Source of the DNA: Alphaproteobacteria bacterium
GTDB lineage: Bacteria; Pseudomonadota; Alphaproteobacteria; Bin95
DNA: 64,000 nucleotides
Direction: 5' to 3'
Assembly: GCA_964291285.2 (NCBI GenBank)
Contig: OZ219786.1
Location: 1,088,001 to 1,152,000, forward strand
The number at the start of each line of letters is the position of its first letter. The first letter of the stretch is position 1. Below the pieces are notes generated by a model. The model had not been told where the DNA came from. It ran no database searches and was given only the letters and a program-made list of their open reading frames with translations. A program made the translations under genes and the position numbers. Below are positions 20,730-29,515 of the stretch, piece by piece.

Positions 20730-21080
20730 ATGAGGAAGCACCGCACGCACAGCATGGCCTTCAAGCGCCAGGTCGTTGAGGAGTATCTGGCAGGCGAGAC
20801 GTTTTACGGTCTGGCCCGCCGTCATGACCTGTCTCGCACCCTGATCCGGCTGTGGCTGGAGAAGTATGAGGCCGGGGCCTTCGATGAGGAGGCCGAGGCG
20901 GCCGACAGGCTCCGGGCATATGAGGCCCGGATCGCGACGCTCGAACGGCTGGTCGGCCGGCAGGCCGCGGAGCTGGAGTTCCTAAAGGGGGCTTTGCGGC
21001 AAGGACGGCGGTCGAGGCGCGCGCCCATGTCCGTGATCGCCGGCCCCGAGGCCTCTCCGTCGCCGAAGGATGCCGACTGA
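20730..21080 (+). CDS. IS3 OrfA (HTH + leucine zipper)
   Basis: MRKHRTHSMAFKRQVV..., LERLVGRQAAELEFLK; -1 frame is open from about 20981, suggesting a frameshift at CTA-AAG-GGG. Confidence 0.85.
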   Translation: MRKHRTHSMAFKRQVVEEYLAGETFYGLARRHDLSRTLIRLWLEKYEAGAFDEEAEAADRLRAYEARIATLERLVGRQAAELEFLKGALRQGRRSRRAPMSVIAGPEASPSPKDAD

Positions 21081-21874
21081 TGGGGATCGCGCGCTCCACC
21101 TGTTACCGCGAGCCGCAGAGCCCGGTCGACGACACCGCCCTGGTCGAGGCGATGCACGAGATCAAGGACGAGTTCGAGGCCTATGGCTGGCGGCGCATGC
21201 AGGCGGAACTTCGCCACCGGGGCCGGACCGTCAACCACAAGAAGGTCAGGCGGCTGATGCGCGAACACGCCCTGCAGCCGCCGCGCAAGCGCCGCTTTGT
21301 CGCCACCACGGACAGCGGCCACGACGGGCCGGTCTTCCCGGACCGGTCCCGGGACTGCGAGGTCGAGGGCCCGAACCGGCTCTGGGTCGCCGACCTGACC
21401 TACATCGCCATCCTGGACGGCTTCGTCTATCTGGCGGCGGTCATGGACGCCTGGTCGCGCCGCATTGTCGGCTACGCGCTCGGGCAACGCATCGACGCGC
21501 GCCTGACGCTCGCGGCGCTCGACAAGGCGATCGGGAACCGAAGCCCTCAGCCCGGCTGCATCCACCACTCCGACAGGGGCTCGCAATACGCCGCCCATGC
21601 CTACCGGACCCGGCTCGACAAACACGGGATGGTCGGCTCCATGGGACGACGAGCCAACCCCTACGACAACGCCATGATGGAGAGCTTCATGAAAACCCTG
21701 AAGGTCGAGGGCGTCTATCCCATGGCCTTCGAGACCGCCGAAGACGTCGCAAGGCAACTGCCGCGCTTCATCGACAGCTACAACCACAGACGCCTGCACT
21801 CCGCGCTCGGATATCTGAGCCCAAACCGCTTCGAGGAAAAACAACATCGCAACCCTGTCAAAAATGCCGCTTGA
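21080..21874 (+). CDS. IS3 OrfB DDE transposase
   Basis: WVADLTY, HSDRGSQY, DNAMMESF. Confidence 0.92.
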   Translation: MGIARSTCYREPQSPVDDTALVEAMHEIKDEFEAYGWRRMQAELRHRGRTVNHKKVRRLMREHALQPPRKRRFVATTDSGHDGPVFPDRSRDCEVEGPNRLWVADLTYIAILDGFVYLAAVMDAWSRRIVGYALGQRIDARLTLAALDKAIGNRSPQPGCIHHSDRGSQYAAHAYRTRLDKHGMVGSMGRRANPYDNAMMESFMKTLKVEGVYPMAFETAEDVARQLPRFIDSYNHRRLHSALGYLSPNRFEEKQHRNPVKNAA

Positions 21875-21905
21875 AACTGTCCGACCCAAGGGGCCCACTC
21901 CACGG

Positions 21906-23262
21906 AAGTGTCATGGAATGTCATGTTTTGTCATGGTCGGGGGCGGAACCGGCGTTCTCCGGGCCGGTCCTCCGCTTCTTCCCCTTCTTCTTTTTCTGCT
22001 TCTTCCCCCTCGCCGCCGGTCCGCTCCAATCGTCGTCTTCGTCGCCGCTCCGCTCTTCCCGTTCGAGGCGGTCCTGCCTGCGTTCCTCGACCTCCTCCGG
22101 GGCCCAGGGGTCGTAGATGTCGTCGTAGCCGTTGCGGCGCTGGTAGAGCCAGTCATGTTCGGCGCCGTCGGCCCGGTCGTCGTCGGTGCTGTCCTCGTGG
22201 CCGGGCGTGTCGGCAGCGGCCCAGGGGCAGTATTCGTAGGTTTCCTCGGGCGGGTCGTCGGCCGGCGGCAGGTCGTTTGCCGGCGCGGGCGGGGGGCCGA
22301 AGCCGAAGGGCAGGCGGGTGCGCTCCTCGACGGCCGCGGCGAGCCTGCGGGCGGCCTCCTCATGCGCGGCCCCGTCGAAGCCCTCCTGCGCCTCCATCTC
22401 CTCGCGCCGCTCGCAGTGGCGGGCGAGCGCTCGTTCGGCCCGGTCCCGCCCCCGGCGCACGGCGTCTGCGAGCGGTCCGGGCTCGGTGCCGGTCTCCTGC
22501 GCCTCGCCCGCTTCGATCTCGCCGAACTCGTCCTCGTGCGGCAGCGGCCAGAGGCGGGCCCGGTTCGCGCCGGCCGGACTGACAAGCCCGGCGATCTCGG
22601 CCTGGAAGCGCAGCACCCGCAGCATCATGTAGGCCGAGCCGCTGGCGACGGCGGCGTCCCAGGCCTGCTCCGAGCGGGCGAGCAGGATGCGGGCCTCGTT
22701 GCGTTCGGTGCGCCGCCACGACAGGCGGATGCGGCGCACGCGCTCGACGATCCAGGGCCGCTCCAGCAGGGCGCATCCGGTCTGGCGGGCGGAGCGCTCC
22801 GAATATCCGGCCTGCCTTGCGGCGTGTGCGGCATTGCCGGAGGCGGTGTAGTGGCGGCAGAAGGCTTCCTGGCGGGTGGAAAGCGCGACGGCGGGCTCGA
22901 TGACGGGCATGGGGTGCGGGTCCTTTCGTTCCGCTGGCGTTCGACAGGCAGGCCCGGCAGCGGTACGGGACCGCGCCGGGCCGGGAGGGCGGCGTTGACG
23001 GGCAGCGCCGCCCCGTCGGGGAGCGACCCTGTTTCGCGCGTATCGCGTGCGGGCGCGGGCGGGTGTCGGCGCCGGCGCGGTTCGCGCGCCTGATTGCGCG
23101 CGCGAGCCAGAGGGCGCACTTCGCCTGTGCGTCGAATCGGGGTCGTTCCGCGCCGGGACAGCGCGAAGGGAAGCGGTCCGCGCGGACTTCGCCTCCCTCG
23201 GACCTATTCTAGCACATTTTCCTAGAATGCAAGCTCTTTTCGGGAACTATTTCAAATTTATT
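21906..23262 (-). repeat. CATGACA-terminated element, copy A (long, protein-coding)
   Basis: TGTCATGGAATGTCATGTTTTGTCATG at 21910; GACCCTGTTTCGCGCGTATCGCG and GCCGGCGCGGTTCGCGCGCCTGATTGCGC leader motifs; AT-rich box 23206-23232. Confidence 0.8.
21921..22910 (-). CDS. Protein with N-terminal terminase-small-subunit-like HTH and acidic then Lys-rich tail
   Basis: LSTRQEAFCRHY..SGNAAHAARQAGYSERSARQTGCALL..P.I matches the TerS N-terminal pattern; SD-like AAGGA upstream. Confidence 0.65.
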   Translation of the reverse strand: MPVIEPAVALSTRQEAFCRHYTASGNAAHAARQAGYSERSARQTGCALLERPWIVERVRRIRLSWRRTERNEARILLARSEQAWDAAVASGSAYMMLRVLRFQAEIAGLVSPAGANRARLWPLPHEDEFGEIEAGEAQETGTEPGPLADAVRRGRDRAERALARHCERREEMEAQEGFDGAAHEEAARRLAAAVEERTRLPFGFGPPPAPANDLPPADDPPEETYEYCPWAAADTPGHEDSTDDDRADGAEHDWLYQRRNGYDDIYDPWAPEEVEERRQDRLEREERSGDEDDDWSGPAARGKKQKKKKGKKRRTGPENAGSAPDHDKT

Positions 23263-23280
23263 CCTGCTTATTCTCAAGGA

Positions 23281-24222
23281 TCATCCTGCAATGAGTAGTT
23301 GATATGGGATGGGTTGTGTTCTGACGGCGCTGTGAAGGAAGCGTGGGATCATGGAGTTGAGTTGGTATCGTCGGTTGTATCGCCATGCGAAGCTGGCGAG
23401 GTAGCGTTCGGCATGGTCGGGACCGAGCTTTCGGTAGGTTCCGGCGATGGCGCTCTTGATGTTGCCGAGGGTCGTGTTGACCCATTTGAAGGGGGCCATG
23501 CGGGCTGCCCGGCGGCCTGAGCCGGTACGGATGGCGCTGTGGCTTGCGGCGATGCCGTCGAGGGCGTTCCAGCAGTGCAGGGCATCGGTGACGACCTCCG
23601 TCCCCGGGGCCAGCCAGCGTTTGGCGCCGCGCGCGATCTCGCGCTTGCGGAAGCCCCTGACCGGGACGAGCTTGACCTTGCGCGGAGCCCCTTCGGCGCT
23701 GGTCGAGACCGCCGCCACGAAGGGCGTCTTGCCCGGCGCGCCCCGGCCGCGCTTGCCGCCGGAGCGCGACCCGCCGAGATAGGCGTCGTCCATCTCGACC
23801 CGTCCTTCGAGCCGCGTGTCGGCTTCGCGCCGGGCCATCACCGCCATGATCTTCTGCTTCATGCTCCAGGCGGTCGGCTGCCTGACCCCGAGGCGGCGAC
23901 CGAGTTCCACCGACGAAATGCCGTTCTTCGCCGTCACCACAAGGTGGATCGCCGCAAACCACAACGTCAGGGGCAGCTTGGTCGAGTGGAAGATCGTCCC
24001 CGACGTCACCGAAACCTGCTTCTTGCAGCGGTTGCACTGGTAAAGCCTGCGCCCGGCAAGAATGCAGTGCCCCCGATGCCCGCAGGAGCCGCACTCGAAA
24101 CCGTTCGGCCAGCGCAATCGGGCTAGCACCGCCCGGCACTGATCCTCCGTGCCGAACGACGCTCGGAACGCATCGTCGCTCAAGCCACGAACACGCGATG
24201 CAACCTTGAATGCCATATCCAT
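23281..24222 (-). CDS. IS1595-family transposase
   Basis: RWPNGFECxxC Zn ribbon, VEMDDAYLGG, VVTD, YLASFAWRYNRR. Confidence 0.9.
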   Translation of the reverse strand: MDMAFKVASRVRGLSDDAFRASFGTEDQCRAVLARLRWPNGFECGSCGHRGHCILAGRRLYQCNRCKKQVSVTSGTIFHSTKLPLTLWFAAIHLVVTAKNGISSVELGRRLGVRQPTAWSMKQKIMAVMARREADTRLEGRVEMDDAYLGGSRSGGKRGRGAPGKTPFVAAVSTSAEGAPRKVKLVPVRGFRKREIARGAKRWLAPGTEVVTDALHCWNALDGIAASHSAIRTGSGRRAARMAPFKWVNTTLGNIKSAIAGTYRKLGPDHAERYLASFAWRYNRRYQLNSMIPRFLHSAVRTQPIPYQLLIAG

Positions 24223-24365
24223 GACCTCCCGATAACAGAAACCCTTCCAAACCTACAATCTCACAAGATGACTCTCAAGAATAGGGGATTATAGGGCTAG
24301 CTAGCCAAAAGTGTTGACATTCGCCGGACCTTCTGTCAGATTGGCAGCGTCGATGGAGGCAGACA

Positions 24366-25315
24366 TGGCAAACTCTCCCGGAAAGTCATACCGCAAGGGC
24401 ATCAGCCTGATTGAACTGGCCGAGATGTTCCCGGATGAGGACGCGGCCAAGCGGTGGTTCGAGGAACAGCGCTGGCCGGATGGAGTGCGGTGCGCGCACT
24501 GCCAGTCCGACCGGGTTTCGGCCTGCAAGGACGCGAAGCCCATGCCCTACCGCTGCAAGGACTGCCGGAAGCATTTCAGCGTCCGCACCAAGTCGGTCAT
24601 GGCCGAGTCGCCCTTGCCGCTCCGCAAGTGGGCGTTCGCCATCTACCTTTGCGCCACGAACCTCAAGGGCGTGTCGAGCATGAAGCTCCACCGCGACCTG
24701 AAAATCGCGCAATCGTCGGCATGGTTCGTCGCGCATCGCATCCGCGAAGCACTGGACGGCGATTACGGCCTGCTTGCCGGGCCGGTGGAGGTCGATGAGA
24801 CCTACATGGGCGGCAAGCGCAAGAACATGCCGGCGCGCAAGCGCAAGGCGCTGCAAGAGGCCGGAGCGGGCCGGGGAACGGTCGGCAAGGCCATCGTCGC
24901 CGGGGCGAAGGATCGGGAGACGGGCAAGGTATCGGCCCGCGTCATTGAGGATACGACCAAGCCGACGCTGCAAGGCTTCGTCCGCGACACCGCCGCGCCG
25001 GGCGCAACGCTCTACACGGATGAGCATGGCAGCTACACCGGAATGCCGGAATACGCGCATGAAGCGGTCAATCATGGCGTCGGCGAGTATGTCCGGGAGA
25101 TGGCGCATGTGAACGGCATGGAATCTTTCTGGAGCATGTTGAAGCGGGGCTATCAGGGAACCTTCCACCACTTCTCCGCGAAGCACCTGCAACGCTATGT
25201 CAACGAGTTTGCGACCCGGCAGGGTCTCCGCCCGCACGACACGGAAGCGATGATGGGCGAGATTGCCGCCCGGATGATCGGCCGCCGCCTCACCTATGCG
25301 CGGTTGACCTCGTGA
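24366..25315 (+). CDS. IS1595-family transposase
   Basis: RWPDGVRCAHC, VEVDETYMGG, YTDE, VNH, NGMESFWS, YVNEF; probable start MANSPG near 24366. Confidence 0.9.
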
Positions 25316-26256
25316 GCGCCGTTGTCACGGTCCCTCCGACCGACAAGACACCGGAGGAAATCGCTCAAACGCTCTTCCACGGGCAGAACCGCGCCCGGAC
25401 GACCTTGTATCCCGGCGACTGCCGTGAAGTGCTGGCGGACATGGCGGATGAGAGCGTTCACCTTGTCCTCACGGACCCGCCCTATTTTCTCGACCGGCTG
25501 GATGACGGCTGGTGCCCGGATGACATCGAGCGGTCCAAGCGGAACGCCGACGTCGTGGGTGGCCTGCCTATCGGTATGCGCTTCGACCGGGAGCAAGCGA
25601 AGAACCTGCAAGCGTTTCTGGAGCCCGTCGCGGTCGAGCTTCTGCGCGTCCTGAAACCGGGCGGGTTCCTTCTGCTGTTCGCCGCGCCACGCCTCTACCA
25701 CCGCGCCGCCGTTGCAATAGAGGACGCGGGCTTTGAGGTCCGGGACGCCTTCGCATGGCACTTCACGAAAAAGGCGCAGTTCAAGGCGTTCACGATGGAC
25801 CATTTCGTCAAGCGTCGGGCCGACATGACGGCGGCACAGAAAGCCGACGCGCTTAAGTCGCTGGACGGGCGCCGGACCCCGCAGCTCCGCCCGCAGTTCG
25901 AGGCGATCCTATTCGCACAGAAGCCCCGAGAAGGGACTTTCGTCGATAACTGGCTGGCGCACGAGACCGGCCTTATCGACCCGCGCCACAGCCTGACGGC
26001 GCGCGTTCCTGAAACCGTCATGACGGTCGAGAAGGAAGCGAAGGGACGCTTCAACGGGCATCTGACGCCGAAGCCGGTCAAGCTCTGCGAGCATCTCATC
26101 CGGCTGTTCTCTGCCGAGGGCCAGACCGTGCTTGACCCGTTTGTTGGCTCTGGCACGACATGCCTTGCCGCGCGTCGGACCAAGCGCCGAAGCATCGGCA
26201 TCGACATCAACCCCGCCTACATCGACATCGCCCGCAAGCGGCTGGAGTCGCGGTGA
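25312..26256 (+). CDS. DNA amino-methyltransferase (m6A/m4C), beta-type motif order
   Basis: TDPPY (motif IV) precedes HLTPKP and VLDPFVGSGTT (motif I). Confidence 0.9.
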   Translation: MSAVVTVPPTDKTPEEIAQTLFHGQNRARTTLYPGDCREVLADMADESVHLVLTDPPYFLDRLDDGWCPDDIERSKRNADVVGGLPIGMRFDREQAKNLQAFLEPVAVELLRVLKPGGFLLLFAAPRLYHRAAVAIEDAGFEVRDAFAWHFTKKAQFKAFTMDHFVKRRADMTAAQKADALKSLDGRRTPQLRPQFEAILFAQKPREGTFVDNWLAHETGLIDPRHSLTARVPETVMTVEKEAKGRFNGHLTPKPVKLCEHLIRLFSAEGQTVLDPFVGSGTTCLAARRTKRRSIGIDINPAYIDIARKRLESR

Positions 26257-26840
26257 TGGCCGTCCCTCCGCTGGAGAAGCGCCACGGGCACCGGGGCGTT
26301 GCTCATCTGCGCGTCGCGGTCATGGAGGTCCTGTATGCCGCGAAGAAGGCCGGAGAGTGCCTTGGAGCGGCTGGCATAGGCCGTCGAGCGGGCATCTTCC
26401 GTGAACCCGGCTATGCGGTGAAGCAGGGCAACGACTACATCGTGACGGGCGTCCTCAACTCCCTGGTCAAGGACCGGCTGCTGACGAAATGCACCCAGGC
26501 CAACAGGCGGCCGGGTTGGGAGCTTACCGACGCAGCGTTTCAGCGTCGGGATCAGGAAGTCACGGAAATGCCGGATTGGGGCGGCGACAAGCGCATCATC
26601 GACGCCTACCGGCTGAAGCAATGGGGATTCTGCCCCGGCTGCCTTGCGGTGTTGCCGGAGCGCCCCGACGTCGACCATATCCGGGCGAAGGCGCGAGGCG
26701 GTTCAGACGAGGCGGAGAACAAGCAATTGCTCTGCCCGAACTGCAACCGCCGGCGCGGTGCTAAGCCGTTCGCGCAATTCCTCGCCGAGCGGCTGGAGGA
26801 CGGAAACGAGTGGACCGATTACGAGCCAGAGGATGGCTAG
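26256..26840 (+). CDS. HNH endonuclease with probable N-terminal winged-helix domain (194 aa)
   Basis: CPGC...VDHI.AKARGGSD..ENKQLLCPNCN; ATG overlaps MTase stop (TGATG). Confidence 0.8.
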   Translation: MAVPPLEKRHGHRGVAHLRVAVMEVLYAAKKAGECLGAAGIGRRAGIFREPGYAVKQGNDYIVTGVLNSLVKDRLLTKCTQANRRPGWELTDAAFQRRDQEVTEMPDWGGDKRIIDAYRLKQWGFCPGCLAVLPERPDVDHIRAKARGGSDEAENKQLLCPNCNRRRGAKPFAQFLAERLEDGNEWTDYEPEDG

Positions 26841-27014
26841 CCAACCCTATAATCCCCCAAGAATAAGCAGGAATTTATTTCAAACAAAGAGCTGTACCAA
26901 CGGCTGCAAGCAAAGACCGGCAATGCCGGAGGGGCCGGGTTGCGACTGTCGAGGACACCGCCCGCCGCCACCCGCTCGACGAACCGGTGGAGCTGCTCAG
27001 CCCGACACGCCGCC

Positions 27015-29435
27015 CTACTCCGCTGCGGTCAGGCCGGGGCGGTAGAGGGTACGGGGGGCGGCGCGCTCGTATTTGCGCGCGGGCGTTTCGACGATGTCGG
27101 CGAGCGGGGCGGCCTGGCGGGAGCGCAGGACCTGGATTTCCGGCGGGCGGCCATAGTCCGTGGTGCGCTGGACCGGCCGGCGCCCGGCCGCGCGGATGGT
27201 CTCCTCCATGCGGTGCGGGGCCATTTCCTGCCCGTGGACCGTGCCGGCAGCGCGGGTGATGCTCTCGTTCATCAGCGTGCCGCCGAGGTCGTTCGCGCCG
27301 GCCGCCAGCGCCGCCGAAACGCCTTCCGGCCCCATCTTGACCCAGGAGGTCTGGATGTTGGTGAAGTGCGGCGCCAGCGCGAGCCGCGCGACGGCGTGCA
27401 TCAGCACCGCCTCGCGGAATGTCGGCCCCTTGCGCGCCCGGCCCTTGAGGTAGATCGGCGCTTCCATGTGGACGAACGGCAGCGGCACGAACTCGGTGAA
27501 CCCGCCCGTGCGCGCCTGGAGACCGCGCAGCCGCAGCAGGTGCCGCGCCCAGTGGACCGGCCGCTCGACATGGCCGTACATGATCGTCGTCGTGGACCGG
27601 ATGCCAAGCCCGTGCGCGGTCTCCATGACATCCAGCCATTGCTGCGTGTCGATCTTGTCCGGGCAGATGATGCGCCGCACCTCGTCGTCCAGAACCTCCG
27701 CGGCCGTGCCCGGCAGCGTACCGAGGCCGGCGGCCTTCAGGTCGCGCAGGAACGACTCGACGGAAATGCCCAGCGTGTGCGCGCCCTGGAACACTTCCAG
27801 CGGCGTGAAGGCGTGGACGTGGATGCCGGGCGCGGCCTCCTTCACCGCGTCCAGAATGTCGAGATAGGTGCGGCCCGTATAGTCGGGATGGATGCCGCCC
27901 TGCATGCAGACCTCGGTCGCCCCCCGGTCCCAGGCCTCGGCCACGCGGCGTCGGATTTCGTCGAGGTCGAGGTCGTAGGGACGCCCGCGCAGGTTCTCGG
28001 AGAGCTTGCCCTTCGAGAAGGCGCAGAACTGGCACTTGAAGTAGCAGACATTGGTGTAGTTGATGTTGCGGTTCACCACATAGGTGACGGTATCGCCCGC
28101 GAGCCGCGCGCGGGCCCGGTCGGCCGCCTCGGCAACGGCGTGGAAGTCGTCGTCGCGGGCCTGGAACAGCTGCACGATCCCGGCCTCGTCGAGCGGTGCG
28201 CCCGCTTCGGCATCCGCCAGGACCGCCGCGACCTCCGCGCTTACCGCCCCCCGCCTCAGGATCGGTTCGGGCGTCGTCAGCTCGCCCGGCGACCAGTCGT
28301 CCGGTCGCGCCAGGCCCTCGGAATCGGAGAGCTGCAGGGCGCGGGTCAGCAGGGGCGGCGCCAGCCATTCACCGTTGAGATAGCGCGGATAGGCGGTCAG
28401 CCGCTCGACCAGCTGCTTGCCGGCCGCGGCCGTCTCCCGCGCGAGCACCTCCAGATGCGGCCAGGGGGCTTCCGGGTTGACGAAGTCCGGCGTCACCGGC
28501 GACACGCCGCCCCAGTCGTCGATGCCCGCCGCCACGATCGGCCCGAGCGCGCCCGGCGAAAGGTTGGGCGGCGCCTGGATCGAGGCGGCCGGGCCGAAGA
28601 CCAGCCGGGCGGCGGCGATGGTCCACAGCAGTTCTTCCGGGCCGGGTTCCGGCGCGGCGGCCATTTTCGTGTCGGGCTTGGCGCGGAAGTTCTGGACGAT
28701 GATCTCCTGCACCGCGCCCGTCGCGTCGTCGATTTCGCGCAGCGCCAGCAGCGCCTCGACGCGCTCGCGCCGCGTCTCGCCGATGCCGATCAGGATGCCG
28801 GAGGTGAACGGCACCTTCGCCTCGCCCGCGAGCCGGATGGTCTCAAGCCGGCGGGCCGGCGCTTTGTCGGGCGAGCCGTAGTGCGGCATGCCCTTTTCGC
28901 AGAGCCGGTCCGAGGCGCTCTCCAGCATGATGCCCATCGAGGCCGAAACGCCGCGAAGTTCCGCAAGCTCCTCCGCCGTCATCAGGCCGGGATTGAGGTG
29001 CGGCAGCAGGCCGGTCTCCTCGAAGACCAGCTTCGCCATGGCCTTCAGGTAGTCGAGCGTCGTTTCGTAGCCGAGTTCGGCCAGCGCCTCCCGCGCCGCG
29101 CGGTAGCGCCGCTCCGGCTTGTCGCCGAGCGTGAACAGCGCCTCCTTGCAGCCGGCCGCCGCGCCCGCCCTTGCGATCTCCAGCACCTGCTCCGGCGTCA
29201 TGTAGGCGGCCTCGCCCCGGCGCGGCGGCCTGGCGAAGGTGCAGTAGTGGCAGACGTCGCGGCAGAGATGCGTGAGCGGGATGAACACCTTGCGCGAATA
29301 GCTGATCCGCGGCCCGTGCAGCCGGTCGCGCAGCCGGGCGGCGGCATCCATCAGGCCCTCAAGGTCGCCGCAATCGGCAAGCGCCAGCACCTCTGCGGGC
29401 TCCGGGCGTCGGTCGATAAACTGCACAAGTTCCAT
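27015..29435 (-). CDS. fbiC: Bifunctional FO synthase (CofG-CofH fusion), F420 pathway
   Basis: Two radical-SAM motifs CRDVCHYC and CYFKCQFC; NRNINYTN, NDLGGTLMNESI. Confidence 0.92.
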   Translation of the reverse strand: MELVQFIDRRPEPAEVLALADCGDLEGLMDAAARLRDRLHGPRISYSRKVFIPLTHLCRDVCHYCTFARPPRRGEAAYMTPEQVLEIARAGAAAGCKEALFTLGDKPERRYRAAREALAELGYETTLDYLKAMAKLVFEETGLLPHLNPGLMTAEELAELRGVSASMGIMLESASDRLCEKGMPHYGSPDKAPARRLETIRLAGEAKVPFTSGILIGIGETRRERVEALLALREIDDATGAVQEIIVQNFRAKPDTKMAAAPEPGPEELLWTIAAARLVFGPAASIQAPPNLSPGALGPIVAAGIDDWGGVSPVTPDFVNPEAPWPHLEVLARETAAAGKQLVERLTAYPRYLNGEWLAPPLLTRALQLSDSEGLARPDDWSPGELTTPEPILRRGAVSAEVAAVLADAEAGAPLDEAGIVQLFQARDDDFHAVAEAADRARARLAGDTVTYVVNRNINYTNVCYFKCQFCAFSKGKLSENLRGRPYDLDLDEIRRRVAEAWDRGATEVCMQGGIHPDYTGRTYLDILDAVKEAAPGIHVHAFTPLEVFQGAHTLGISVESFLRDLKAAGLGTLPGTAAEVLDDEVRRIICPDKIDTQQWLDVMETAHGLGIRSTTTIMYGHVERPVHWARHLLRLRGLQARTGGFTEFVPLPFVHMEAPIYLKGRARKGPTFREAVLMHAVARLALAPHFTNIQTSWVKMGPEGVSAALAAGANDLGGTLMNESITRAAGTVHGQEMAPHRMEETIRAAGRRPVQRTTDYGRPPEIQVLRSRQAAPLADIVETPARKYERAAPRTLYRPGLTAAE

Positions 29436-29515
29436 ACTGGGCGACCTTAGCGGCGGACTGCCGAATGGGGCAAACATATGGCGCAGGCGAACCCTCAGGT
29501 CCATGGGGCGGCGGG

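Larger units (their letters stand above)
20653..21902 (+). mobile_element. IS3-family insertion sequence (1250 bp)
   Basis: TG...CA ends, imperfect IR TGGAGTGGGCCCCT.G..TCGGACAGTTT, 3-bp TSD CGG (20650-20652, 21903-21905). Confidence 0.92.
24284..26857 (+). mobile_element. IS1595-family transposon with passenger genes (2574 bp)
   Basis: 23-bp IR GGGGATTATAGGG(CTA/TTG)GCTAGCC; 8-bp TSD CAAGAATA (24276-24283, 26858-26865). Confidence 0.92.
23263..26871 (-). mobile_element. IS1595-family IS (outer; about 1027 bp without the nested element)
   Basis: IR CCTGCTTATTCT...TCATC; 8-bp TSD AATTTATT (23255-23262, 26872-26879); one IR split by the nested element. Confidence 0.88.

Noticed and set aside
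23025-23100. Hammerhead ribozyme in the conserved leader (CGAAAC on minus strand)
   Set aside because: No CUGAnGA core at a suitable position.
21921-26840. Prophage remnant (TerS + MTase + HNH)
   Set aside because: The MTase and HNH lie inside a TSD-bounded IS1595 transposon on the opposite strand, and there are no structural phage genes.
26895-26904. TACCAACGG resembling the MITE end at 59238
   Set aside because: Only 9 bp match and there is no partner inverted repeat.
26940-29450. Long antisense and alternative-frame ORFs (836 aa here; also 903, 698 and 623 aa elsewhere)
   Set aside because: Shadow ORFs of high-GC genes with Arg/Pro/Ala-rich, motif-free translations; N-terminal extensions of real genes were trimmed for the same reason.
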